Of a DNA stretch of 64,000 bases, positions 12,301-24,000 are shown one piece after another (positions within the stretch are counted from its first letter, which is position 1; each line of letters begins with the position of its first letter). A program made the position numbers and the translations under genes. The notes below the pieces were generated by a model. It did no database searches. It worked only from the letters and a program-made list of their open reading frames with translations, and had not been told where the DNA came from. Origin of the DNA: Phoronis australis (Eukaryota > Animalia > Phoronida); NCBI GenBank assembly GCA_002633005.1, contig NMRA01000210.1, forward strand, positions 580,178 through 644,177, given 5' to 3'.

Positions 12301-15300
12301 AGCCATTGTGTAAACCTGTCTTCCTCAGAAAGTTATGCACCACCTCTGTTTGTCTTGTATTAATTACTCTATACAAACGTGTCAATAGTTCCAGTTTATT
12401 CTCACTCATTAAATGACTAAATGTTCTTTTGATTCATGCCAATGACTACTAAGGAATACATGTACTATTTGTTGTGCTTTAGAGTCACCCAAGCTTGTCT
12501 TTGATAGTCCCCTTGTGGTCAAGAAGCCTGGGACATTGAAAAGGAAGGGATTTGTCTCCTCTGCAGCTCCAGTCAAGAGCAGTAAGTAACTGGATGTGTC
12601 AGTTGTGTTGTAGTGTGTCATGTTGCATGCGTTGCTTGTTGGATAACTTGTTTGTCAACGTTTTAGTCGCACGGGCTCTAGAAAGTTGGTGATTATGGGG
12701 ACGGGGAATGATTTTAACTGGAGGGTCATTGTCTGTGTTGCCCAAATTAGCCGCATTTTCTGTTGTGTGCAAAGTTTGTTTACAGACTGTTTTAGGTTCT
12801 CTTAAAGGACTTGTTACAGGAAAACCTTTTGTTTCTTAATAACATAGGGTGTGCTTAGTACCCTGAGCTTGTAATCATTTTAGTCATGGGTTTCCAAAAC
12901 GGGATTGTAGAGGGGAAAACCATTTGTTTTGGTATTACAATGGTTAGCATTGAAAGATGTCTAACATAACATAACACGAATATCATATTTTTAGCAAAAA
13001 TAACCTGAAAAATAGCAAGCTTTCCGTTCAGTACAGTCGGTGAAGTGACTTTTGTTACTCTAAGACAGTGCAAATGCCGTGTGCGATGTGAACAAGATTA
13101 GGGAATATGAAAATACAGTAGCATTTGTCTCAACGCCAACTGTCGTAAGCATGTAGACGCACAACTCCCTTAGGATCAAAACTACGTTTTGTCTTTGTTT
13201 TCCCCGGCACCATTCTACCATAAGTACACCTCGTTTACTCAATGTTATGGCGATTTTGTGAATGAAAGAACTGAGGGTATATGAAGCTGAATCTGTCCCT
13301 GGCGGGAGATTCGATTTGATTGAAAGCCCTTTAACCTTTGACCTCGGATAAGTAGTAAACAAATATCCACGCGGTTGTGCAGTTCCAAGGTGGCTTTGTT
13401 AAATCTTTTTTTTTTTCGCTACGCAGTATATATTTTGTATTTCAAGTTCCCCTAAGATGAAGATGAGGTATTTTACAAGACATGTGAAATATTGTAAAAA
13501 CAACAATTTTTTGTGAATAAGGTTGGAGATAACCTTAAAACCATTGAAGTGTCCCGATGGGAAAGTAGCATTCGTTGGTATTAGCTGCCTATATGTACCA
13601 AGTTTCTAATTGTTACAGGAAAGCTGGATGATAACATGTGTGAAGTTGGTGCTGAATATAACAGCGAAATACAACAAAAACACAGTAAGTCCAATGAATT
13701 TGTGCTAAGCAATTGTGCCTCCATTTGGTTCTTGAGATATATATTTACCTTAAACAGTACACACCATGGATTTTTGCACATTTTGAATTACCGGTGGCCA
13801 CAGACTAAATGTATGACGTAAAATTTAGCTAAACCCATGTTTATTTTGTGTAATTACCTCGAAATTTTGATTTTTCTTTCAATTTTGCCAATTTTCACAT
13901 TTCCCGCCATAAGACGTCATGGGTTGAACACAAGAGATCAGTGACTAGCATTGAACAATGGCGGAGAGTAGGGAATTTGAAAGCGACGACGATTATGAGC
14001 AAGAATTGAATGAATACTATGAAGAAACGTACGGGAATGGTGGCCAGGATGAGGAAATTGGGTTGCACGAAAGCGAGAACAAGTTTGATGTGCTTCCGGC
14101 TGCGTACTTTTCTACTTTGAGCCTTGCGAACTGGATCCTCCCGCGAGAGAAGCGGCCTCGGGCTCGGCGAGTCAACCCAGTCATCCAACAGACGATCCTG
14201 AATTAAGAGCCGATGTTTCTGAATGATAAATATTGTCCTTTATTGAACCAGACCTTCATCGTAACATCTCCTGTGACTGGAGTCGAAACACGAGTCCTCA
14301 AAGTGGGCAAAACACAGAGTGGCCCCGGACCGAATCGCTTGGTCCACGATGAGGTCCCACACTCTCGTTCGGCGCACGAAGCGATGCCACTTCTGCGCAA
14401 CTTTGGTGTCCTTCGGAACACCGAGACGTTCTCCGCCTGGCTGCTGTTGCTGCAGCCTCCGGAAACACATCTTTTCATCCCTCTACGAACCTTCTCGACG
14501 CTAAATGTACTTTGCTTTCACTTCACTCTATACACTTTGTCTCTGATCCGAACAGTATGGCGAACGACTTGGGTTCAACCCATGACGTTGTACATATTTA
14601 TTATTTTTTTCAATTTTTGCGTGTTTCTTTATGAGCTGTGCACTAAAGGCACTGAAATCAAGTAAGATATAATAATAAAATTTATTTTGAGGTACTAGAG
14701 TCATGTTGTGTACACTTTAAACTTGTCTTTATAATGATTACTATGTAAGCAACTATCAGGTTGCGTTTATACTAAGACGATGCTGATCTGTAATCTGAAC
14801 AAATTAGTGGAACTACATTGTATTAGTCTGTTGTGTTAGAAAGGTTAATGCAGAAAAAAGTATCAGCAAAGTTGTGTTAAAAAGACTTTTATCATGAACC
14901 TACAAAGGCTTGAATTAAGGTAAACCTCTGACTGTAAGTTATGACTTGTTAACTGACAAAAAAATGTGTAGATTTGCAGAAATGATACATTGTCTGCACC
15001 TGAATGACTTCACCGGGCCAAGGGACTAAAGCATCTGATTGGTTTTAAAGCTTGATGTCGTCATTGAGAACCAATGGGATGTCTTAGTCAGTTGACATGG
15101 GATAATTGCCAGAGTCAATCAAGTGTATCCATTCTGTCATGTCTTCTGCTTTATGTAATGGACTTGTTTGAACTTGCACCTGTTATTTCGCTCAATTCAT
15201 TTGTGTAATACAAGTCCATGTAACCCCTTCAAAGACATAATATCCAGATTGCTTATTGGATATCCCAGTAAGGCTATAAATTGTCTTTCCAGATAAAGAC

Positions 15301-18036
15301 ATTTTGCACATTTTAAACAGTGGCAGCATACAAAATCTACAAAGTTTGCAGACTGTTGGCAAAAAGAGAGCAAAGTTGATTTATGACTGGAGGCAGTTGA
15401 ATGGTGGGATAATCCAGGTGAGACTTAGTAAGAGTTTGGGCACTGCGTATCTCTCTACTTATGGGACATTTTGCCTTTGGCAACATAACCCCCTTTAAGT
15501 GGGTCAAATTTTGCCGTAAACTTTAAATTTACACTCGGCATGTACTTCTGAATGATGGTGGACATCTCAATGTCATGTAAGTTTCATGACTGTGTATCAC
15601 TATTGAAATTTCTGTTCATTTTTCCACTCAATGAATTCAACTCTGGTTGCTTGAAAGTTACAGGCTGGGGTACACAAATGTCGCTGTCTACCTAGCCATT
15701 ATTCAAGTAAATCATCTCTGGCTACATTGCCATTTGCAGTGTAGTGTTTTGACAATGTGGAATTGTCCAAAGAGTTTACTGCTGTTAGTTATATTTCATA
15801 TTTTCTGTAACACAGGTCAGATTTTATAATGTTGCTCCATTAGAAAGCCTCTTTTGAGTGGCTTCCTTACTTGAATTTAATTACTTAACGAGATGTCTTT
15901 GTCAAAAAACAAATTTTTGTATAAATGTGAAGGACGAATTTGACAATATTGAACATTTCATCAGCATTTCAAGAGTTCTGTTGTTATGGTTATGTAGGAC
16001 CCTAGAAAAATACCCAAATTTGGCTAACTTTGAAACACCATATCTCAAAAATAGAACTTTCCAGTACTATGGTTTATACAGTGTTCTCTAAAACATTGTT
16101 AGAAATTGTTTTTAAAATGTCCAACTTATGCACTAGGGACTGTCAGAAATTGACTGATTTTCATAAAAAATCAAAAGTTGCTTAAAATGAAAACAATGTT
16201 ATAAGTTAGAAAATTGTATCGGCATTTTTGAGTTTTCATCTTGAACATTTTTATCAAACAAAATTTGATCATGTTTTAATACCATTGTTTTGCCTTCTTT
16301 TTTACTTTACTATCAAGACATGGTTACATGGCCCAATTAATGGAGATTGATCAACAGTTAAAAAAAATCAAATTCTACAGGCTTTCTACTTTCAGAAATA
16401 TATACTTTTACTGATTAAAAGTCTATCATTTGTAGATATTTAACCTTAATTTTGATCATTCAATTTCTTTAAACTTCAGTTCTGTTTTGCATAATGTCGT
16501 TCATTAATTTTGAATGAAATTAATATAAGAGTTTGTTACAGATGACAGATCTTGAGAAGATTCCCGGAATGACAAGCAAATGGGCCCAGACTTTTATGAA
16601 AGTATGTATCAAAGTCTAGAAATTTGATACCCATTGTAAATAAACCAGTGTTGTTCCTCCGCTTGTCCACAATGTGAAACAATGTGGTTTTTAAATGCCT
16701 AAAACAAAGAAAAATTACTCCTGAAATGTCTTTTTCTGCGCTGCTTCAATGTCACGTCAATACTTATTTTGCATTTTTTAGTCTATTTTGGTTTCTGCCA
16801 ACTGGGTCAAGCACATTGGTGTCATGTCATCCAAGCTTTCAATCTATAGCGTCTGGTAGTGTTTGTATGCAGACATTGATTTAAGAGCACATATGTCTGA
16901 AGTGCCAAAGGGTTATGCATGTTGAAATGAGCTTATTCAATGCCACTGTTTCTTTATCAACGCACAGAATTGCTTACTCAATGCGCTGAGTTATTTGGTG
17001 CGCAGAATTGTTTCTTAAGTGATAACCTCTCTGCACTTATTCAGCATGCAGAATTGCTTATTCAACGAGTACTTTTCATCAATTTGACCATGTGTTGTCT
17101 GTGCTGCCTCCTCTGGCTGTAAACTTGGTTGGACATAACTGCATGTTGAAAAACTGTTGAATAAGCGTGGGAAGATAATTGTCCAAGAACCAATTCAGTG
17201 CATTTAATATGTAATTTAGTGCGTTGACTAAGTAATAATTCTGCACATAGATTCAGGAACAGTGCGCAGTGAATCAGCATATACCAACACATGGAAAGGT
17301 ACACGTTTTAAGAACCTTTTGCGGCTTCATACCAAGAGTACCATTAAATTTCCAGAGATGTTCAGTTGTGCTTGATGCAGTATACGTACCTTGGATAATC
17401 CATCATGGCATAAACCGTCATTTGGAATTGCCGTTGCTTTTTGTCAGCATTGATTTATTTGCCATATTAATACAACAACACGTAACTCATCATTCCTAGT
17501 TTGTCCCATCTGTTCCATATTTTCCGTTAAACCATCCCCCTTACTCTAGAAAACACATTCAACTTTCCTTGTATTAACTGTCTGAAAAGGGCAGCAATCT
17601 GACGTCACTTTGCACTGAACCATAGAGGGGCCAAAACTGAAATGACTTCCAACCGGGAAAAGACTTCTTGCCATGAATAGGGGAGTCATGACCCCGCTGT
17701 ATGAAAATGTATAGCATAATGACTTACTGATAGTCCGATACTCTCTGACAAGGGCCTCTAGTGAACAGTTAACACACTGCTCTGTTTGTGTTTGGTGAGT
17801 GGTTGTGGTTCAGCTTTTGTGGTCGGGATGCTTATTGTGTAGAAAGTCTTCATGGTGCATGACAAGTATTTTGTGGAGGGTGGTGAAGATTTTCAAGTGA
17901 TACAGCTCTGTGGCCAGTGCTAAGAGTTTGTTGTCCCTCTCCAGCTTCTGATTACAGTATTGTAAAGAGTTCACAACGTTGATGTTGCAATAACTAAGAG
18001 CTTCTTGTGTTGCAGACCAACTTGGTGAAGACATGA
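376..18036 (+). CDS. KIF22: Kinesin-10 family chromokinesin KIF22 (Kid), ~584 aa, 16 exons
   Basis: Exons 376-409, 1464-1495, 2593-2756, 3497-3621, 3922-4070, 4778-4923, 7573-7737, 10083-10200, 10921-11059, 11598-11700, 12089-12297, 12483-12581, 13619-13684, 15293-15417, 16542-16601, 18016-18036. All introns GT-AG, phases compatible, total 1755 nt. Motifs: VIARVRP, P-loop [29 protein letters not shown], kinesin-10-type [33 protein letters not shown], and C-terminal helix-hairpin-helix ([28 protein letters not shown]...DLEKIPGM). The first two exons are less certain; alternative start ATG at 2605. Confidence 0.93.
1550..2091 (-). mobile_element. Non-autonomous LTR retrotransposon (TRIM) with tRNA-like LTRs, Helenus-like
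   Basis: Two ~145 bp direct repeats, 1550-1695 and 1948-2091, each TG...CA. On the minus strand, PBS TGGAGTAGTCGGCA (1945-1932; tRNA-Ser-type TGGCGTAGTCGGCA) lies 2 nt after the 5' LTR, and a G-run polypurine tract (1710-1699) precedes the 3' LTR. The 1550-1695 LTR has A box TAGCTGAATGG (1631-1621) and B box GGTTCGATTCC (1588-1578). No clean TSD. Confidence 0.8.
2101..2510 (-). pseudogene. Highly degenerate reverse transcriptase fragment, possibly Penelope-like
   Basis: Minus-strand translation [12 protein letters not shown]...GDLF resembles the Penelope RT motif YxQxxGxPMG...ADLF. No intact YxDD seen. Confidence 0.3.
2825..3031. mobile_element. MITE, ~207 bp, with 21-bp perfect TIR
   Basis: CTATTGTTACTTGAACCTGGT (2825-2845) and its reverse complement ACCAGGTTCAAGTAACAATAG (3011-3031). 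Confidence 0.7.
5188..6766 (+). mobile_element. CAGGGCTTGGAAT-TIR non-autonomous DNA transposon (hAT-like), interrupted by a HINE
   Basis: TIRs CAGGGCTTGGAAT (5188) and ATTCCAAGCCCTG (ends 6766). The body is clearly homologous to the copy at 27286-27730. Confidence 0.8.
5563..6640 (+). mobile_element. Helentron-associated non-autonomous element (HINE/DINE-1-like)
   Basis: 5' subTIR ATGCGCCCACA (5566-5576) with nearby inverted copy TGTGGACGCAT (5585-5595); (GTCC)n-type microsatellite 5610-5660; four ~150 bp core repeats (TGAAATTTGG-like motif at 5695, 5840, 6001, 6147; CCTAGTGGC motif); 3' subTIR TGTGGGCGCAT (6606-6616) plus hairpin CAACGC-TCC-GCGTTG (6619-6633). Inserted in a T run. Confidence 0.8.
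7091..7202. repeat. Foldback (palindromic) MITE-like element
   Basis: TAGATGTGAAAAA...CTTCTGGAACTTA...AAATTTC pairs with GAAATTT...TAAGTTCCAGAAG...TTTTTCACTTCTA. Confidence 0.6.
7936..8036. repeat. Small MITE-like element with ~14 bp TIR
   Basis: CAGGCAGCGCCCAG ... CTGGGCGCTGTCTG; GC-rich island in an AT-rich intron. Confidence 0.45.
8327..9664 (-). mobile_element. P-element-like deletion derivative carrying a THAP first exon
   Basis: TIRs CAAGGAGTG...GAGAGTTCA at both ends; near-perfect 7-bp TSD ATTAGAC/ATTAGAT; minus-strand exon 9555-9455 encodes [33 protein letters not shown] followed by donor GTAAGG. Confidence 0.7.
10402..10620 (+). mobile_element. tRNA-derived SINE (degenerate copy)
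   Basis: Head GGAGGAGGCAGTGTG...GGATTCTAGTCCC (degenerate B box). Body CCAGGTGATCAGTGCA...CGTCTGGTACAACGTGTA is shared with the minus-strand copy at ~58660-58984. Confidence 0.65.
10677..10806. repeat. Foldback MITE-like palindrome
   Basis: GGTAATAGAAAGT...CAGTCATGGAAGTTTTTGAAACCACT pairs with AGTGGCTTCAAAAATTTCCATGACTG...ACTTTCTATTACC. Confidence 0.65.
13754..14716. mobile_element. Kolobok-like non-autonomous element with convergent THAP and acidic ORF remnants
   Basis: TTAA on both sides (13750-13753, 14717-14720); imperfect TIRs ACAGTACACACCATG versus reverse AGTGTACACAACATG; internal inverted repeat ACGTCATGGGTTGAAC (~13915) / GTTCAACCCATGACGT (~14573) upstream of each ORF. Confidence 0.7.
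14240..14478 (-). pseudogene. Frameshifted THAP zinc-finger domain (transposon-derived)
   Basis: Two frames join: [21 protein letters not shown] / [20 protein letters not shown]...[11 protein letters not shown], giving the C2CH THAP signature, then a premature stop. Confidence 0.75.
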
Positions 18037-18135
18037 AAATGATACCAGTATGACCTCACAACTTGGTGAAAACATTGTGATGCCAGAATAACCGTACAAC
18101 TTGGTGAAGAAAGTAGAACTGCACAACTTGGACAG
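18016..18135 (+). repeat. Degenerate short tandem repeat spanning the KIF22 stop codon
   Basis: CAACTTGG(TGAA) at ~18018, 18058, 18097 and 18124; period ~27-40 bp. Confidence 0.5.
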
Positions 18136-21050
18136 GACCGTGTGGTAATGGTACAATGTGAAGATGTCATGATAACAGTACATGGTGGTGGCTGTTCAGT
18201 AACTGTGCAGTCGTACAGCCTGAACGCAACAATACAATCGTCCAATGTGGAGAAAAGTTATGTAACTTCATTACCCTACAGCTGGTAATGAGGATATTGT
18301 GATACTCAGCAACTTGAAGACATTAAATGTTTTGTGGGACCGTATCAACATGCCTGTGTATTTAGCCAATGATTTTAATAGTCAGTGAAACTATATATTT
18401 TCTGAAATTAGGAAGTCTATGGAATTTGATTTTTTACTTCATACCGATCTGCTTTTAATTGGATTAGGAGACCATGTTTTTTTAAGTAAAACTTCATAGC
18501 AAAAGACAAATTTCATTTGATATCGTTGTTCAAGTTGAAATCTCAAAAATGATGTTATGTTTTTTATTTACACTTTTATTTTTTTCATAAGAATTATAAA
18601 TTTAAAGTTCTATTTTTGTAATAGCCCATCATCGAAAACAGAACGTACATTTTAAAGACAATTCCTGGCAGCATTTTGAAGAAGAGCGCATAAAGCAAAC
18701 TATCTGAGAGTTTCATTGGAATCCGATCAGCAATATCTGAGGTTACATGTTCCAAATTAGCCAAATTTGGGTCCTACATAATGTTAAGTACAGTACAGTA
18801 GTCGTAAAAACACTGTACAGCGACACCTTGCAGTAAAATGTTGTACTATCAAGAAGGCAAGATAACTTTACACTAATATAAAGTGATGAAGACAAATCTT
18901 GAATACACTTGTGCATCAGTTCAATATACGTCTACGTTTTTGTTTAATTATACACATACAATTATTAATTTGTGCTGCAGCAATGATGTTTTGCATGTTG
19001 TGGAAATTCTGTTTATTAGTTTCATCTACAAGGTTGAAATTACAATTATACATTTTGTATTTGAAACCCTGTGTGTATATTTGTGTATATTTATTTATGG
19101 TGCCAGCCACACCCAAATCAAAATTTAATGACAATATTAAATTGTATATTATTGGTAGTCTTATTCAACCGAGTGAAATTTTTTGATATCATCATTGTAA
19201 ATTACATGCATATCTTATTCATAAAATTTTTGTAACTTATGTTTTTTCATTGATTTCTACTTACCTACCAAAACGGTAAGTGTACCATCTGTTTTTGCAC
19301 CTGATGTCCAGGAAATTGAGCACATGGACAACAATTCATATACGTGTGTTCAGTAATAAATTCCTAAGAATTTGAAATACAGTAGAGCCAACTTAATGTC
19401 GTGCCCACGCTTTCAACATAAATTATGCTAATAAGCGGGACATTCCATTAAACTGGCTCCAGTGTGGCAGAACTGAAATTTCAAGTCAAAAGGACTGATT
19501 AGGGCACCTTTCAGTGGATCATAATGTATAAAGATTAGTTGAGCTCGAGTCTGAAATGCTTAGAAATTTTCTGTACCTCTGTGACCCTCTCAAAGTGGTC
19601 TTAAACTAAACAGTCCTCTTAATTGATTATTTCCTGTTTACTCAATACCTAAACTGAAGCAGGTTACTCAGTCACAAAACGATGACAATTTAAACCCATC
19701 CAGGCTATGATCAAATGATTTCTGTCTTCAAACATATCCAGAACGCCAGTAAGTATAAGTTTGAAAAAGTCATTCATTAGTTGCAACAGGGCGAGTAAAA
19801 AACTGGGCCATTTAAAGTCAGAGTCAAGTGACCCTTCAATTCCTTTTAATAGTAGAAATCCATCACCGTCATAGCAAAGGAGACTTTTGAGACAAGTTTG
19901 CGAGATTCGTTTTTTTTATCTTAACTGGGAATGAAATGCACATTTAACATTAACAAGGCCATCTTTCCTCACAGTGAACCACTTTTTAAACCATTTTGTG
20001 GTCATTTTTGACCATTTTCCTCTCAAAATCTTGACCTCCACTGCAAGACAATAATTCCTACGATATATTTGCCAGGGATTTTTAATACAATTGAACTCGT
20101 ACATGAATGAAATAAGTACATTTACTAATTTTTTTCCGAAATAAGAGAGAAAAAAGATGACGTGCCAACTTTTCCAAGTTAGTTTACTTTGATTTTTAGG
20201 ACCTTTCATCATTTTGTTGCATTTTCCGAGATAAAATAATTTTCTCAACTTAGAGTTAAAGCACACGACATTTTTAGTCCTTAAGGTTACGTAAGATTTT
20301 ATGAAAAGTGTTCCTATTAACCTGCTAAAAGTAAGAAGCCTGATGATTTTGATTCCTGGCTTTTTACCATTCTGTCATTAACTGGCTAACATGACGTCTT
20401 TTTGGAGAATTTAGTAAAACAAGTTACTAGTAAGTAAATCGATAGCAAAACAATGGGTGCCACAGATGTGTTCTCTTCAGAAGTATGAATACGATGTTCA
20501 CATGGTGCCTGGTTTATTCTGTTCAGGGTGTGAGCTCATCCGTCCGCAAGCTGGGTGCCTTTGCTACCCATGGCAACATTAAGTGTTCGCTGTGTCTCGT
20601 ATAATGCTTCCCATTTGCTTTCAAGCAGTCATGAGCCCTGAGAGGAATGTGTCTGAGCATTCCATTATTTCAAATCCAGCATTTTTATCATTTCATTAAC
20701 AAACTGGGCCACACTGTTTATGATTTATTGATAACAGTTATACCTCAACAAATACAATTTAACAGTTTCTACATGATGCTTGAACGGCAATTTTGCCATC
20801 TGTTACAGTTCAGTAGTATTATTGGTTGCAATTCAGGGTACTAACGCTTAGTTACATATCTTTTTACCAAGAATAATTATGGACACCACAGCAAACTGCA
20901 TTACACTAAGTAAGAAATACTACTTCAAAACCAGAATTATTCATCTGAGTTAGAGTCAAAACACTGATATCAAGGGTACTGGCATACTTTGTAATGTCCC
21001 TGGACATGGAATCAATCAACACACACCAAGTTCTTCTACGCTTGACTGCA

Positions 21051-24000
21051 TCATTGCAAACCTGGAAGTGAAACGAGAATTGATTGCACTGACCAACCTT
21101 CGAAATAATTCACTACAGCGAAACACGACAAAGAAGGCAGACTGGAGGTCATTGATGAACTTGTATATCTTTTCATTTCAACTCAAAAGACTCAAGATTC
21201 ATGGTAAAATCAACTGTAAAAAACCAAACACTTAAGAAAGTGGTCTCTTATTAGTTACAACAGTTTTACATATAACATAAATTTATTACAAATTCACTCA
21301 ACTCCATTAACTAATGTTCTGGTGTGCTCTGTGGCTGTTGCGGACAACGGACTCATTGGGTGCATTAATCGACCTTTCCAAAAAATAATTCTTTCGTAAA
21401 CCAACATTTTTTTAATAAATTATGGACCATTCTTCTACTGCTAATCATAAAGACTTGAACCAACACAAGCTAAACGTTATCAATTCAAGTGGCTACTCAA
21501 ACAATAGCTAAAAAATATTCATTTCAACATTCATGAAAACTGGGCTACATACCGTAATTCGTTTTACACTGCTTTAGGGCTTCGTTAAAACCAGAGCATA
21601 TTGAAATATCGGACTGGTTTTGTGTACAGTTTAAAAACTGCTGTAATTCGTAGGCGCAAGGCCCTGTTGTCTGTTGTTGCTGCTGTTGTGGCGCCACCTC
21701 TGGGGCAGGAGCTGATGCGTACTGTCCACCACCTCCAGTCATTGCGTGGCCGATTGTATGACCCTAGGAAACAATGAAAATATTACACCAGCTGAAAATT
21801 ACAGTCCAATTACACGTGTTGTAGATTACAATTTGGTTTTAAGGTTCGGATGGAAATTGTTTAAATTACGGGAAAGACTTGATGCTAATGTAAACATAGT
21901 CTTCTATTCAATGTAATGTTTCCTTATGCACACTTACCACGGCTGAACCCACAGCCACGCCTGCTGCTGTGGAAGCCATGTTTGCAAACATTCCTGGTTG
22001 TCGAGGCTGGGCTATAGGAGCTGCAGGAGCAGCGGCAGGGGCGTGAGCAGGGGCTGATGAAAACTGTCTCCTCTGAACAGGGGCACTGAAAGTTATATGA
22101 GAAAGGACATATTATTTGATGACAAATGAGACAACTTAATGAACAAAACTGGTATCAAGTTGTTTTTGACTCAGATTAGAAGAAATTTCTGGGTTTGCGA
22201 AGAATTGAAATTTCTTCGCTGCCTGATACCATGCTCGGTGGACAAAATGATCCGCCGGGTCAGACAAGTTACAAAACTTTTTTTTAATCAAGTTTATTAG
22301 ATAACCAAGTAAGTGATTACATAGCAAAAACAAGTCCTTACAGACATGTATCACCGGTTGTACGAAGTACATCTGGAGCTAAGCCGCAGTCATACATTTC
22401 ACACAAACACACACAAAACCTGCTTTGCTTACATTGTATATTAAATACTGTGCTAGAGTATGGCTGTAACGATTTGCCATTCGTTTTCAAAATATCCTAA
22501 GCATCCGTTTTTTGTGAAAATATACTTAAGCTTTTTCAGATAATAAGCCAATTCAATTTTGAAGACTGCGGTGGAAGGTACCTGGCACTGCAATCAGCGG
22601 GACAAGATGTGTCTTTTTGCTAGCCATAAAATAACATTAAGTGACACGCTCCTCTTCCGCTCCTTTTGCCAGAAAGTTTTCCGAAAGAACAGCCAAAGAA
22701 CAAATGAATTAGTTCCTCTGACCTCCCACGACAGAAGCTACATAGATCGTAGTCACTAGCACCTACTTGTAACAATAGTTTGTACCTATTATTCTATGGA
22801 TAATTCTCATCTGCAGCCACTTTAGACGTATATCATTGACTGGACTTAAGGCAAAAGCGTTAGTTTACGTAAAATATCTTGCCACTCAAATTCGAACTTC
22901 TCAATTACAAAATCAGTTTCCCATTTTCATAAAAATTTTGGCCTTTTATACATATTTTCCATAAAAACCTTGTAAAAAGCCCGAGTTCCCTTCTTATCAT
23001 GTGTCATATTTTGTAGCAGCATTGGAAATAGTGAAAATTTTGCTTGAAAATTGTTCATTTCTTTGCATTTAAGTAACTGTCTAATGTTGAATTTTGCGGA
23101 GAATCGAGTGTAAGATAAGAGTTGTCCATTCTGTTTATATAAATCGCAAACAAATCTTATGCCTTTTTCATTCCACAATCGAATGTAAGCAGGTTCATGA
23201 TAAATCAAGATATTAGAATTAAACCATAAAGGTTGATAAATTTCCAAACCTTGTGGTGTATTTGTAAGCGATAAAATTCAAAATCTGAATTAAACGCATC
23301 TGCCCAAAAAAGCTTTTACATCTACCTCCTAAATACTTGAACTAAGCATCTCCCATCTGACTGACGTGTGTTTAATAAATCCAAATACAAGAAGAAATAC
23401 TTTCCAAGCAGAACCAGAATTCTGTAAAGCTTTTCTAATCCACGTAATTTTTAATGACTTAATGGAAGATTCAATGTGTATCATGTTTGCTCCCCCTCTG
23501 GAGAAATTTTGACACAGATTTCGAGATTTTTTTTTTCATTTTTATATCTCCAAATAAATTTGTGAAAAAAACCTTCGATTTTTAGCATAAATTTTTAAGG
23601 GGATGGGAGACTTAAGAACAGGTGTGTCAATTTGGAAATTAATAACATTTTAACAACACAAATTTTTCCTAGGACTGTAAGTGGTCTTTGAGACCAATAC
23701 CCAATCTCTTTTTCTATTTCCTGCAACTTCTCAGTATAATTGAATTCAGTTATTTTAGATAGGTCAACACAGAAATTTATTAACAGCCTTTTAAAACTAC
23801 TAGACCATAAAACGTTTTCTCCAGATGGTAATTTAATTTTGTTCCATCTATTAGCTCATATCCATGAGCAACATTTTTTTCATGTAGGGTTTTAGACCAG
23901 AGAATTTAGAAAATTGGTCTTTCTTAAGCGATTTGTCTGAGCCATCTAAAACAAAAACTGTATCATCTGCATATTGAATTAACTTAATTTCATGATCACC

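Noticed and set aside
17621-17765. Small P-like MITE (CATAGAGG...CCTCTAG)
   Set aside because: TIR too short and TSD ambiguous.
18016-18135. CRISPR-like repeat-spacer array
   Set aside because: Only 8-12 bp shared, irregular period, inter-repeat segments resemble each other, eukaryotic context, no cas genes.
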